A DNA stretch of 64,000 nucleotides from Candidatus Babeliales bacterium (lineage in GTDB: Bacteria; Babelota; Babeliae; Babelales; JACPOV01). Positions 13,961 through 24,124 of this stretch are shown piece after piece. The stretch is taken from assembly GCA_050250855.1 (NCBI GenBank), contig JBFWNW010000001.1, forward strand, positions 128,001 to 192,000. The letters run 5' to 3'. Both the position numbers and the translations under genes were made by a program. The notes under the pieces are model-generated. The model worked only from the letters and a program-made list of their open reading frames with translations. It was not told where the DNA came from and searched no databases. Every line of letters starts with the position of its first letter. Within the stretch, counting starts at the first letter, position 1.

Positions 13961-16465
13961 ATGTTGAACTCTAAAAATTATTTTTTTTATATAACGATAT
14001 TTGTTATTAGTTTTTCTTTTGGCATCATTCGACCTACAGTAAAACGATCTTTTTCTGATTTTTCTGATGAACAATTAAAAACCATTATTATAAATTCATT
14101 TCAATTATTAGGAAAAAGTTCTTTTGAAGTTGAAGAAGAACTTTTCAAAGGTTATAAATCATTATCAAATGATTTTCGTCTAGTTAATCGTGATTCATTG
14201 CTTGAAATTGCTTATATGATGCAACGCTCAACCTGTGCAAAGCTAACTACTATTTTTGAGTTGTTGTGTGAAATACAAAATGGCTTAGCGCCGCAAGATA
14301 TAAATGGTATATATACTGCATTGGATCAAAGCAGTGAAATTATCTGTGAAAAATTTCAGGAAACCTGGACGGCACTTGAGGCTATGAGCACACCGACTGT
14401 GTATATACTTTTTGATAGCGGTTTTCAGGATACGTTTACTGCTTTAGTAGGCTTGACAGACGCAATGTGCACTAAGTTTGAGGAAACATGGACAATTCTT
14501 GCAGCAAATTGCGGATTTCCGATTGCCATTACAGGCCCAGCAACTATTGCTGCTTCAGGCAACTATTGTTTGGATCAAAATATTTTGGGCAGTATTATTA
14601 TTAGTGCAGACAATGTAAATCTTGATCTTAATCATAAACGTATTTCAAGTGGCACTCCTCATAATATTGAAGTAACTTCTCAAGGAAATATATATATATT
14701 TAATGGAATTCTTTCTGATGCAGCAAGTAGTGCTATCAGCATAACTACGTGTACTAATGTTACTATTGAAAACGTTGACTTTATTGATAATCCAGCGGGG
14801 ATTAGTGTTTTAACGTCTACGATTATTACTGTTAATAATTGTACGTTCCGCGGCAGTAGCGGTCGAGCAATGAGTTTTGATGATTCTATGCTTGGAAATA
14901 TTGCTAATTGTACCTGTGAGCTCAATACTGGTGCTACAGAAATTCTTGCAACCTTTAGCAGTCGTTGTATGCAATTTTCCAATATTGAAATTTGTAATAA
15001 TACTGGGGCGGCAGTATTTTTTCCGATACTAATTAATAATCTATCAGATTCAATATTTCAAGGCGTGCGGGTGAACGAAAATAGTGCGGCCACAGAACTT
15101 GGTGCTTTTGTTATTACAGGTACAACGCAGAATGTAAAATTTTTTGAATGCACTGTTTTTAGAAATAATGCCCCTACCCTTGCTGCTGCACTGCTAGGAG
15201 CTAATCCACAAGATATAACTTTTAACACGTTTAATATTGCTGGTAATAGTTTTTCTAATAATAGTATTCTTGTAGACGCAACAGCTTTGACAAATGGGGT
15301 ATTCAATCAGGTGCATGTTGATGATAATACGAGCTTAGCTGCACTGCGTGCTTTCCAATTGACGAACTGTAGTAATCTTGTATTTAATGGATGCAGTGCG
15401 CTTGATAACACGGCGACATCAACTCTTATTGGACTAGATTTTCAGAATTGTAATGATGGTGTAGTCAAGAATTCAAGCATTAATGATAATACAAGTTCAT
15501 CGTTATCAGTGCAGGGGATAAATATTTACAATTCTCATAATCTTACCTTTGATAGTTGCACTGCATTAGTTAATACGGCTCCAAACTGTCAAGGTATGTC
15601 TGTCGAAAATTCTACAGCATTAAAAACAGTCAACAGTCATTTTATGAACAATGTTGGTTCTGATGTAAATGGTGTGCATGCAATTTCTTCATGTACTGAT
15701 CTTATTTTTAATAATTGTACTTCATTAAATAATACGGCAACCAATGGCGTTTCGCGTGGTTTTTATATGCAGAATAGTCTAAAAGTTGTACTTGATGGAT
15801 GTCTTGCCAATGATAATCTTGGCTCAGCAACAGGACGCGGTATAGATTTCTTTGATACCCATACTTCGTGCATTATAAATAGTTTTGCAAAAATTAATCA
15901 GGGTACTAATGCAGATGGAGAAGGTATACGTTTAGAAAATTGCATTGATGTTGTATGTCAAAATAATAGTTGTCTTGGTAATACGGGAGCTATCCAAGCA
16001 AATGGTATTGCCGTAATAAGTGGTCAAGGGCATACACTACAAGGAAATATCTGTAATAATAATACGACGCGTGGGATTTATATTGAGAGTGCACCAAAAA
16101 ACACCATTGATGGTAATATTTGTAATAACCAAAATAATCGTTTTGGGATCGAGCTTGTTTCAAGTAATAGTAATAGCATAAAAGCAAATATTGCAAATAC
16201 TAATGTAACGGGTATTTCACTTGATAGTGCTAGTCTTGGTAATTGTGTGCTTAAAAATTTTACGTTATTAAATACTGATACGGGAATAAATAATCTAGGT
16301 TCAAGTAATTCATTTATACTTAATAACTCAGAACATAATGGGATTTCTGGGGTGAATAACTTTAATGGCGTACCAACGAGCATTATTGCTATATTTCAGG
16401 TTAGTGTATCAAGTTTTGTTTCGGGAACCACGAATCCATTTGTAAATGTTGATATAAGACCATAA
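13961..16465 (+). CDS. Secreted Cys-rich right-handed beta-helix protein 1
   Basis: ATG 13961 after AAAAAGGAG; hydrophobic N-terminus; two CxKFxETWTxL motifs; GNYCL..VNLDLN cap; many N/I/C-rich PbH-like repeats. Confidence 0.88.
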   Translation: MLNSKNYFFYITIFVISFSFGIIRPTVKRSFSDFSDEQLKTIIINSFQLLGKSSFEVEEELFKGYKSLSNDFRLVNRDSLLEIAYMMQRSTCAKLTTIFELLCEIQNGLAPQDINGIYTALDQSSEIICEKFQETWTALEAMSTPTVYILFDSGFQDTFTALVGLTDAMCTKFEETWTILAANCGFPIAITGPATIAASGNYCLDQNILGSIIISADNVNLDLNHKRISSGTPHNIEVTSQGNIYIFNGILSDAASSAISITTCTNVTIENVDFIDNPAGISVLTSTIITVNNCTFRGSSGRAMSFDDSMLGNIANCTCELNTGATEILATFSSRCMQFSNIEICNNTGAAVFFPILINNLSDSIFQGVRVNENSAATELGAFVITGTTQNVKFFECTVFRNNAPTLAAALLGANPQDITFNTFNIAGNSFSNNSILVDATALTNGVFNQVHVDDNTSLAALRAFQLTNCSNLVFNGCSALDNTATSTLIGLDFQNCNDGVVKNSSINDNTSSSLSVQGINIYNSHNLTFDSCTALVNTAPNCQGMSVENSTALKTVNSHFMNNVGSDVNGVHAISSCTDLIFNNCTSLNNTATNGVSRGFYMQNSLKVVLDGCLANDNLGSATGRGIDFFDTHTSCIINSFAKINQGTNADGEGIRLENCIDVVCQNNSCLGNTGAIQANGIAVISGQGHTLQGNICNNNTTRGIYIESAPKNTIDGNICNNQNNRFGIELVSSNSNSIKANIANTNVTGISLDSASLGNCVLKNFTLLNTDTGINNLGSSNSFILNNSEHNGISGVNNFNGVPTSIIAIFQVSVSSFVSGTTNPFVNVDIRP

Positions 16466-16497
16466 GAGAATTAAGAATTAAAAAAAAGGAAAGCATA

Positions 16498-19116
16498 ATG
16501 ATGAAGGCAGTAGCAGCAAGCAAAAAAATAACACTCTGGCTGTTAGCTTTTTTGTTTATACATGTAGTCGTTCATGCAGATGATTTTTCTAGAGAAGATG
16601 CACTTTGTGAGCAGCAAGATATTACCTGGCTTGCAGAAGAAGTAAAGGATATTATAGTTTTAGTATGCCAAGAGTATGAAGATGCAGCTATGCTTGCTCA
16701 GCTCCACCCAGAACTGATAAAAGTGTATTACGATCTTAAAGCTGGTAAAGAGCCTTGTCAAGAGGAGTTAGTAAAAGCAGCACATCTTCTTATGGTGTTT
16801 CGCTCAACGGGACTTTTGCCGCTTATCTTAGAAAAAGTATGCGCTATTTTAGCCTCAGTTGAAGGTGATTTTAATCCAGTTTTTACTCTTTTGGCAGAAC
16901 AGCAAGAAATTCTTTGTGATAAGTTTCAACAAACTTGGACTATTTTTGATAATTTTTTAACACCGACTTCCATAGTATCCACTCAAAAAGATTTTGAAAA
17001 TACTTTTACAGCACTTGATCAGATGGAAGAAATTTTATGCCAAAAATTCTTAGAAACGTGGACTATTCTGCCTACGACACAACCTACTCCTATCAACGCT
17101 CCCATGGTAATTAGTCAATCTGGGTCTTATTGCTTGAATCAAGATATTGTGGGGACAATCACTATTGCAACAAGTTGCGTGCAGCTTGATTTGAACAACA
17201 AACAAATTGATGCTAATGGAGGCAATGGTATTTCAGTAGCAAGCCAAAGCACTATTATTATTGAAAATGGTTATATTGCCAATGCTGCATCAGCGGTAGC
17301 TATAGATTCTTCTAGTAATATAAAAATTTCCGCTCTAGATTTTATAGGAAATAATTTAGGCGTTTCTGCAGCTACAACTACCTTTATACAGATAGATTAT
17401 TGTACCTTTAGAGCGGGTACAAACGGCATAAGGTTTATGACTTGTACCGGGGGTAGCGTTTCTGACTGTAAATTTACCCAACATAGCTCTACTGTAATAT
17501 CTCTTAGCTTTTCTTCTGCTTGTTTTTTATTTAAAAATATAGCGATATGCAATAATACCATTACCTCTGGTAATTTAATAGCGGCAACCAATTCAGTAAG
17601 AAATATTTTTTTTGATCGAATTCTTATTAATAATAATAGTAGTAGTGGTACCCTAATTCCATTTTTTATACCACTCAATAATGTCCATGTATATAATAGT
17701 TCAATTTGTTGTAATCAAGCAGCATCTAATTTTAAAGGGATAAATGTATTTGGTTGTACGGTGCTTGATAATATTGAAATATCTAATAACCGATCAACTG
17801 GTGGTAGTGTTACGGGTATTGCTCTTGAGCCAGGAACAGGTGGTTTTGAGGATGTATTAAATGCTCAGAATATTACTATTAACAATAATAAAGCAAGCAC
17901 TACCTTTGAAGGAATAGCAAACCTATCACCGGATGTTTTTCAAGAATGTACTATTGAAAATTGTTCTATTAATAATAATAGCAGCAATGGCGCTTCTTCG
18001 GGTATACATTTTATGAGTTCCAAAAATATAACCTTACGAGAAATTTTTATTGCAAATAATTCTGCCGCGGTAAATGCAAGTAATACGTTTGATGGTGTTC
18101 GACTCAATGGGTGTAGTCAAGCAACGCTAGGTCAATGCACGGTATTTGGTAATACTTCACCAACATGCCGCGGGCTTTATATTTTAGGTACGAGTATCAA
18201 TATGCAAGTACTGGATTCTAATTTTAGTGATCAAGTAGGCGGTTCTGATTGCTTTGGGGTGCGCATTGAGGGTAATCCAAGCAATATGTATTTTGATCAT
18301 TGCACTTCGTTACGTAATACATCTACTCAAACAAATGCTAGAGGGATTGGTTTTTCAGTGTCTCTTATACTTCCAAGTTCCATAAATGTAACATTTGAAT
18401 CGTGTATAGCAAATGGAAACAATGCTTTAGCTGGTGGTGTTGCAGCAAGAGGTTATGGTTTTCATATAGTGCAATCAAGAAATTTTGAGATTCTTAATTG
18501 CATAGCAAAACATAACAGTTCGAGTGGTACTGGTTCAGGAATTTTCCTTGAAGGGCTGAACGGCAGGGATTTTATAGTTAAAAATTGTATTCTTAATGGC
18601 AATACCGGGTTGGTTTTTGGAGCTGGCATATCATCAGTTTTTTCCTACGGCATTATGCAATATACTATTTGTAATGATAATTTTGATAACGGCATACAGC
18701 TTGCTGCTGATTATGTGACTCTTGAAGGAAATATTTGCAATAATCATTTGGATGCAGCTAATGGACAGGGAATAGCTGTGAGCGGCGGTTCTGGTGGTGG
18801 TCTTAATGTTGTCAAAGGCAATATATGTAATTATAATCGGGAGGGTATTAGAATCCCAGGTACTTCAACCTTTAGTGCGAAAAACTTGACACAAAATAAT
18901 AGTTCAGTTGGTATAGTTGATCCTAATGGAGTTGGTGGGAATAATAGTTATACCAATAATACATCACAAAGAAATGGGGCAACGGGGACAAGTAATTATA
19001 GCGGAACTTTGCCGACAAGAGCAGCGCTTTTAAATACGTTTAATGTTGGAGCGGGGACCTTTACGGGGGCTGCTGGGCCACTGAATATATTTTCTAATTT
19101 GAATGTATTGCCATAA
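16498..19116 (+). CDS. Secreted Cys-rich beta-helix protein 2
   Basis: Signal peptide (VVHA), two CxKFxxTWTI motifs, GSYCL..VQLDLN cap, PbH-like repeats. Confidence 0.88.
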   Translation: MMKAVAASKKITLWLLAFLFIHVVVHADDFSREDALCEQQDITWLAEEVKDIIVLVCQEYEDAAMLAQLHPELIKVYYDLKAGKEPCQEELVKAAHLLMVFRSTGLLPLILEKVCAILASVEGDFNPVFTLLAEQQEILCDKFQQTWTIFDNFLTPTSIVSTQKDFENTFTALDQMEEILCQKFLETWTILPTTQPTPINAPMVISQSGSYCLNQDIVGTITIATSCVQLDLNNKQIDANGGNGISVASQSTIIIENGYIANAASAVAIDSSSNIKISALDFIGNNLGVSAATTTFIQIDYCTFRAGTNGIRFMTCTGGSVSDCKFTQHSSTVISLSFSSACFLFKNIAICNNTITSGNLIAATNSVRNIFFDRILINNNSSSGTLIPFFIPLNNVHVYNSSICCNQAASNFKGINVFGCTVLDNIEISNNRSTGGSVTGIALEPGTGGFEDVLNAQNITINNNKASTTFEGIANLSPDVFQECTIENCSINNNSSNGASSGIHFMSSKNITLREIFIANNSAAVNASNTFDGVRLNGCSQATLGQCTVFGNTSPTCRGLYILGTSINMQVLDSNFSDQVGGSDCFGVRIEGNPSNMYFDHCTSLRNTSTQTNARGIGFSVSLILPSSINVTFESCIANGNNALAGGVAARGYGFHIVQSRNFEILNCIAKHNSSSGTGSGIFLEGLNGRDFIVKNCILNGNTGLVFGAGISSVFSYGIMQYTICNDNFDNGIQLAADYVTLEGNICNNHLDAANGQGIAVSGGSGGGLNVVKGNICNYNREGIRIPGTSTFSAKNLTQNNSSVGIVDPNGVGGNNSYTNNTSQRNGATGTSNYSGTLPTRAALLNTFNVGAGTFTGAAGPLNIFSNLNVLP

Positions 19117-19161
19117 TGACGGTATAGAGAAAAAATAAACATTGAAAAAGGAGCTTTTTAT

Positions 19162-21696
19162 ATGAATTTTTCATTAATAAAAAGGAAAATAATTCTACCG
19201 TTTTTTATGGTTTTGTGTGTGAATGCTTTTGCGCATAATTCCTATGAATGCCGTACAGATACAGCTTTAAAAAAGCTTATTCTGACAACCTGTAATGAGA
19301 TTCAAAAAGAAGGATTGCTGGATCAATTAGACCCTTACATTGTAACCTGTTACTATCTTCTTTGCAGTGATAAAGAAGTAGAATATGATTATTTGCTGGA
19401 TGTTGCTGCCATGATTCACCGCTCATGCGGAGGTTCTGGTTGCCCATCTATTTTAAAGCAAATTAATGATAAATTGTGTGAGATTTTAGATTTTGATTTT
19501 AACAATGTTTTTACAGCTATTGCTGGCAATACAGAAGTTGCTTGTGAAAAATTTGAGCAAACTTGGACTATTATAGCGGGCATTTCTGAAGTAATGTCTG
19601 TAACATTTGATTTTACAGATTTTTCTTCTGTATTTACAAAAATCGATGCCATAGAAGAATCATTGTGTGATAAGTTTGGGCAAACATGGACAATTTTGGC
19701 AGCAGGATGTACGCCACCAACGCCCATTAGTGCACCAACAACTATCTCAAGTCCTGGTACGTATTGCCTTACGGCTGATATTAGCGGATTAATTACTATT
19801 GCTGCTGATCGCGTAGTACTTGATTTAAATAATCATGAAATTTCTGGTGCTTCACCTAGCAATATTATTATTGCAAATCATAGTGATATTACGATTAAGA
19901 ATGGCCGTATTTCTGGAGCTGGCACGAACTGTATTGATACTGCTACGTGTGAAAACATAAAAATTTTGAATATTGAATTTTCTGATAGTCCGACTGCTCT
20001 TGCTGTTTTAACAACTACCTGCATTCAAATTGATAAGTGTACTTTCAGAGGCTTTTCAAGTGAAGCCCTTTGTTTTAATAATGTTAATAGCTCAGAGGTT
20101 TCAAACTGCAGCTTTTTTAGCAATAGCGGCACCCGATTAATATTTGTTGATACCTGCAACTGTATAAATTTTGTAAATCTTGAAATGTGCAATAATTTTT
20201 CATCAAATGAATTGATTGGTGTTGTGGGAAGCTCCTCATGTGGCTTGAATTTTTTCAATTGTTCTTTTAATGGCAATAGAACTACGACAGCAAGTCTTAC
20301 TCCTCCTAATCTAGCGGGGTTTAGTTTAACAACCTGCCGGGCTGTTATTTATAATAAATGTTGTGTTAATAGCAATATAGCGGAGCATATTTTTATAGGG
20401 CTTGTGTTTAATGATTGTAAAGATGTAATTATAAAAACGGTTGATATTAATAGTAATAGTTTACTACAAGGAGATCCAGATACTTCTCTCTCTGCTATTG
20501 CCGTTAATGATATTATTGCGCCATCTGATAGTAACAGTTTTCTTTTAGAGGATATCCAGATAAATAATAATACTACACCTCAAGATGCGAGATTAATCTT
20601 TTTTAGTGGTGTAAATAATATAAATATAAGAACAGCTACGCTTCAAAATAATATATTTAATGGAAGCTCTTCTCAAGCTATTAATTTAGGAAACGTTGAT
20701 AATTATGTTTTTGATTCTATTGCAATTTTTAATAATCGTTGTGTTGGTGGGATATTTACAGGAATTTCGCTTTCAAGTGGCAATAGGGGTATTGTAAAAA
20801 ATTGTAGTGTATCGGAAAACCTTGGAGGTTCAGATGTAGAAGGATTAGGTGCTACATCATCCCAAGATGTTCAAGTGGTCAACTGCTGTTTTAACGATAA
20901 TATTGGCAGTGATGCTTACGGTGCTCGCATCTATTCATCTAGCAACGATGTTATTCATATTCACTGTTGTTCATTGCGCAATACTGCTACTGCAGGTACT
21001 GCACGAGGATTTTTTTCAGAAGATTCACAAGAAGTTATTTTTGATTCATGTATAGCAAATGATAACGTTGGTACCGATTCTGGCCGAGGTTTTGATATTC
21101 GCTTAACGCAGACGTCATCTGTTATTAAATGTACTGCAAAACGCAATCAGGGTACTTGTGGTGAGGGTATTCATGTAGAAAATAATTGCTTTGATATCGT
21201 AGTAAAAGAATGCATTGCAATTGGTAATACTGGGACCGTAGAAGGTCAAGGTATTTCAATTCTTACTTCAACTATGAATGTAGTGCAAGGAAATACCTGC
21301 AATGATAATACAACCAATGGTATTTTATTGAATAGTACCATCAAGAATGTTGTATTAAATAATACCTGCAACAATAATGGCGGCATTGGTCTTTCATTAA
21401 TTTCAAGTACTAGTAATTTAATCAAAGCGAATTTTGCAAGTTATAATAGTGATGGCATCGTGCTTTCAAGTAGTAGTAATGCAAATTGTGTGTTTAAAAA
21501 TATTGTACAAGCAAATAATGCAACCGGTATTAGTAATACAGGTTTGGATAATGCCTTCTTTAAAAATAAAGCGCAAGATAATACAACCAATTTCAGTGGT
21601 GTAGCTGCTGCAGCAATTGGTGTTTTTTCTTTTGGTTCAGGGACGTATACCTTTGGACCGCCAAATAACTATAGTAATATTTCGGTGGTACCATAA
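19162..21696 (+). CDS. Secreted Cys-rich beta-helix protein 3
   Basis: Signal peptide (NAFA), two CxKFxQTWTI motifs, PGTYCL..VVLDLN cap, PbH-like repeats. Confidence 0.88.
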   Translation: MNFSLIKRKIILPFFMVLCVNAFAHNSYECRTDTALKKLILTTCNEIQKEGLLDQLDPYIVTCYYLLCSDKEVEYDYLLDVAAMIHRSCGGSGCPSILKQINDKLCEILDFDFNNVFTAIAGNTEVACEKFEQTWTIIAGISEVMSVTFDFTDFSSVFTKIDAIEESLCDKFGQTWTILAAGCTPPTPISAPTTISSPGTYCLTADISGLITIAADRVVLDLNNHEISGASPSNIIIANHSDITIKNGRISGAGTNCIDTATCENIKILNIEFSDSPTALAVLTTTCIQIDKCTFRGFSSEALCFNNVNSSEVSNCSFFSNSGTRLIFVDTCNCINFVNLEMCNNFSSNELIGVVGSSSCGLNFFNCSFNGNRTTTASLTPPNLAGFSLTTCRAVIYNKCCVNSNIAEHIFIGLVFNDCKDVIIKTVDINSNSLLQGDPDTSLSAIAVNDIIAPSDSNSFLLEDIQINNNTTPQDARLIFFSGVNNINIRTATLQNNIFNGSSSQAINLGNVDNYVFDSIAIFNNRCVGGIFTGISLSSGNRGIVKNCSVSENLGGSDVEGLGATSSQDVQVVNCCFNDNIGSDAYGARIYSSSNDVIHIHCCSLRNTATAGTARGFFSEDSQEVIFDSCIANDNVGTDSGRGFDIRLTQTSSVIKCTAKRNQGTCGEGIHVENNCFDIVVKECIAIGNTGTVEGQGISILTSTMNVVQGNTCNDNTTNGILLNSTIKNVVLNNTCNNNGGIGLSLISSTSNLIKANFASYNSDGIVLSSSSNANCVFKNIVQANNATGISNTGLDNAFFKNKAQDNTTNFSGVAAAAIGVFSFGSGTYTFGPPNNYSNISVVP

Positions 21697-21720
21697 AAAG
21701 TAGAAAAAAAGGATGAATCA

Positions 21721-24090
21721 ATGAAGCAACGTCAAGGTAACTTGTTTTTTGTAGTGCTAAGCCTATTGAGTTTTAGCAGTCTAAAAGCAGAATTTAATAA
21801 CGAAGATTTTAGTGTTGAATTTGTGGAGCTTGCAGAATATCGCAGTGGTTGTGATAAATTAACGCCAATTTTAAATAAGGCATGCCAAATAGAAGCAACT
21901 GTTACGGTATTTGATTTTAGTGGCGTTTATACAGCAATTGAAGCAAATACAGAGCTTTTTTGTGAAAAGTTTGAGCAAACCTGGACTATTCTCGCTGCTA
22001 TTGAGCAAAATCAAGAAATTGTAGATGAAAATCAGTTTGCTCAAACTTTTACTGCTATTGTTCAAGTGACTGAAATTCTTTGTGGTAAGTTTCAGCAAAC
22101 TTGGACTATTCTTGGATGCTCTGCTCCAATACCAGTGACACAGCCAACAACTATTGCAAACTCAGGAAACTATATTGTAACGACAACGATTAATGGTGCT
22201 ATAATAATTGCAGCTGATCAGGTTTCTCTTGATTTAAACCAACATAAAATTACTGGCGCCTCTCCTGATAATATTTCAATCTCTGGCCAGAGTGATATAA
22301 CTATTTTCAATGGCACTATTCAAAATGCTACTACCAATGGTATTGATATTGCCAATTGTACAAATGTAAAAATTATTGATATTGATTTTGTATCAAATGT
22401 AACTGCTATTAATGTGCTTACTACAACCTGTTTGAAAATAGAAAACTGTACTTTTAGCGCACAAACAGGTGGTGGTATTTTTATTGATAATACCAATAGC
22501 ATCGCCATTAATTCATGCAAATTTAATATCAATTCATGTAGTACTATGCTTAGCTTGGAAGATTCGTTATGCATTAATTGTAATGACGTTGCGATATGTT
22601 TTAATGGGACGCTTTCTTCCACAATACCATTTCTTCCTATTGTTGCTCGAAGAATTAACAATGCACTTTTTAGTAATTGTAAGATTACCAGTAATAACTT
22701 TTCGTCAAATCTAGCACAAGTTTGGCGAGGTTTTACCTTTGAATCAAGCAGTAATATTGCCCTACAAAAATGCTCAATAAGTACTAATCCTGCAACCGCT
22801 GGCGGCACTAATAATTTTATTGGCATTGCTTTTGAACCTACTTGTCAAAACGTAGCCCTTGATGGGATTGATATCGTTGCCAATACCGTATCGCTTTCAT
22901 TTACTGCTATACGAGCAGACTCTTTATCAAATGCGCGACTCTATAATATTTTTATTGATTCAAATAGTGTTACTAATGGCAGTAATACCGGTTTATACTT
23001 CAATAACTGCCAAGATATTACCGGTGAGGGTTTGGTAGTAAGTTCTAATGTTGCAACAAATCAAATTACTGGCTATGAAGCTTTTGCGAGTAATAAATGT
23101 ATGCTGCGTAATGCTGAGTTTAATAATAACAGAACAACTGGCGTATTTGATTCACGAGGGATTTATTTTTCAGGATGTAATAATATTATTTTGCAAACTG
23201 TGCAAGCTCAAGATAATGCTACTACAGGGAGCACAGAAGGTATTACATTTGATAGTTGTAATCAAGTAGTGCTGAATAGTTCCATTACTAATAATAACGT
23301 TGGCAATAATAGTTCCATTGGGGTGAGAATAGTTGATGGGTGCTCCGATATTTTACTTGATAATTGTGTTTCATCTTCAAATTGCGGATTGTTAAGTAGT
23401 TCCACAACACGAGGATTTTTAGCAGAAAATAGCACTAAAATTATATTTAATTATTGTGTAGCCATGGATAATGGAGGAGCTGGGATAGTGAGAGGATTTG
23501 ATGTACGCAATACCACAACCTCATGTATTTTAAATTGTACTGCAGTAGGAGAGCTAAGTACTGCTATTGCTATTGAGCTTGATTCATGCGCTGAAATAAT
23601 CGTTCAAAATTATAGTGCCAGTTTCCTTGGATTAGGTATTAATGTAAATAATACAGCGAATGCTATCATTAAAGATAGTAATTTTATTACGGGTCCTTCT
23701 GGTAATGTAGGTATGAATCTTGTAGATTCAAATCGGATTATTATAGAGGGTAATAGCGTAAAAGGCCACTCTAGAGGCTTAGAATTTACACGCAGTAGTA
23801 CGAACACTATACAAGGCAATATATTTGATAATAATAGTTTTTCGGGAGTAAGGGTTAACACAGTAGATAGCGTTGAAAACTTTTTCTTTAAAAATATTGC
23901 TAATTTCAATACATTATCCGTAGGTTTTATTGATGCCGCTTCTAATTTAAATACTTATTTTTTAAATAAAGCACAGCAGAATGGTTCGGATTTTTCTTCA
24001 ATTGCTCCTGTTGCAATCTTTGATATGTCTACCGGTGCATTTGTCACAACAACAACCTCTCCCTTTGATAATCTTTCAATAGTTCCGTAG
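21721..24090 (+). CDS. Secreted Cys-rich beta-helix protein 4
   Basis: Signal peptide (SLKA), two CxKFxQTWTIL motifs, SGNYIV..VSLDLN cap, PbH-like repeats. Confidence 0.88.
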   Translation: MKQRQGNLFFVVLSLLSFSSLKAEFNNEDFSVEFVELAEYRSGCDKLTPILNKACQIEATVTVFDFSGVYTAIEANTELFCEKFEQTWTILAAIEQNQEIVDENQFAQTFTAIVQVTEILCGKFQQTWTILGCSAPIPVTQPTTIANSGNYIVTTTINGAIIIAADQVSLDLNQHKITGASPDNISISGQSDITIFNGTIQNATTNGIDIANCTNVKIIDIDFVSNVTAINVLTTTCLKIENCTFSAQTGGGIFIDNTNSIAINSCKFNINSCSTMLSLEDSLCINCNDVAICFNGTLSSTIPFLPIVARRINNALFSNCKITSNNFSSNLAQVWRGFTFESSSNIALQKCSISTNPATAGGTNNFIGIAFEPTCQNVALDGIDIVANTVSLSFTAIRADSLSNARLYNIFIDSNSVTNGSNTGLYFNNCQDITGEGLVVSSNVATNQITGYEAFASNKCMLRNAEFNNNRTTGVFDSRGIYFSGCNNIILQTVQAQDNATTGSTEGITFDSCNQVVLNSSITNNNVGNNSSIGVRIVDGCSDILLDNCVSSSNCGLLSSSTTRGFLAENSTKIIFNYCVAMDNGGAGIVRGFDVRNTTTSCILNCTAVGELSTAIAIELDSCAEIIVQNYSASFLGLGINVNNTANAIIKDSNFITGPSGNVGMNLVDSNRIIIEGNSVKGHSRGLEFTRSSTNTIQGNIFDNNSFSGVRVNTVDSVENFFFKNIANFNTLSVGFIDAASNLNTYFLNKAQQNGSDFSSIAPVAIFDMSTGAFVTTTTSPFDNLSIVP

Positions 24091-24124
24091 TTTTTTTAAG
24101 GAAGTAAAAAAAGGAAGACATACT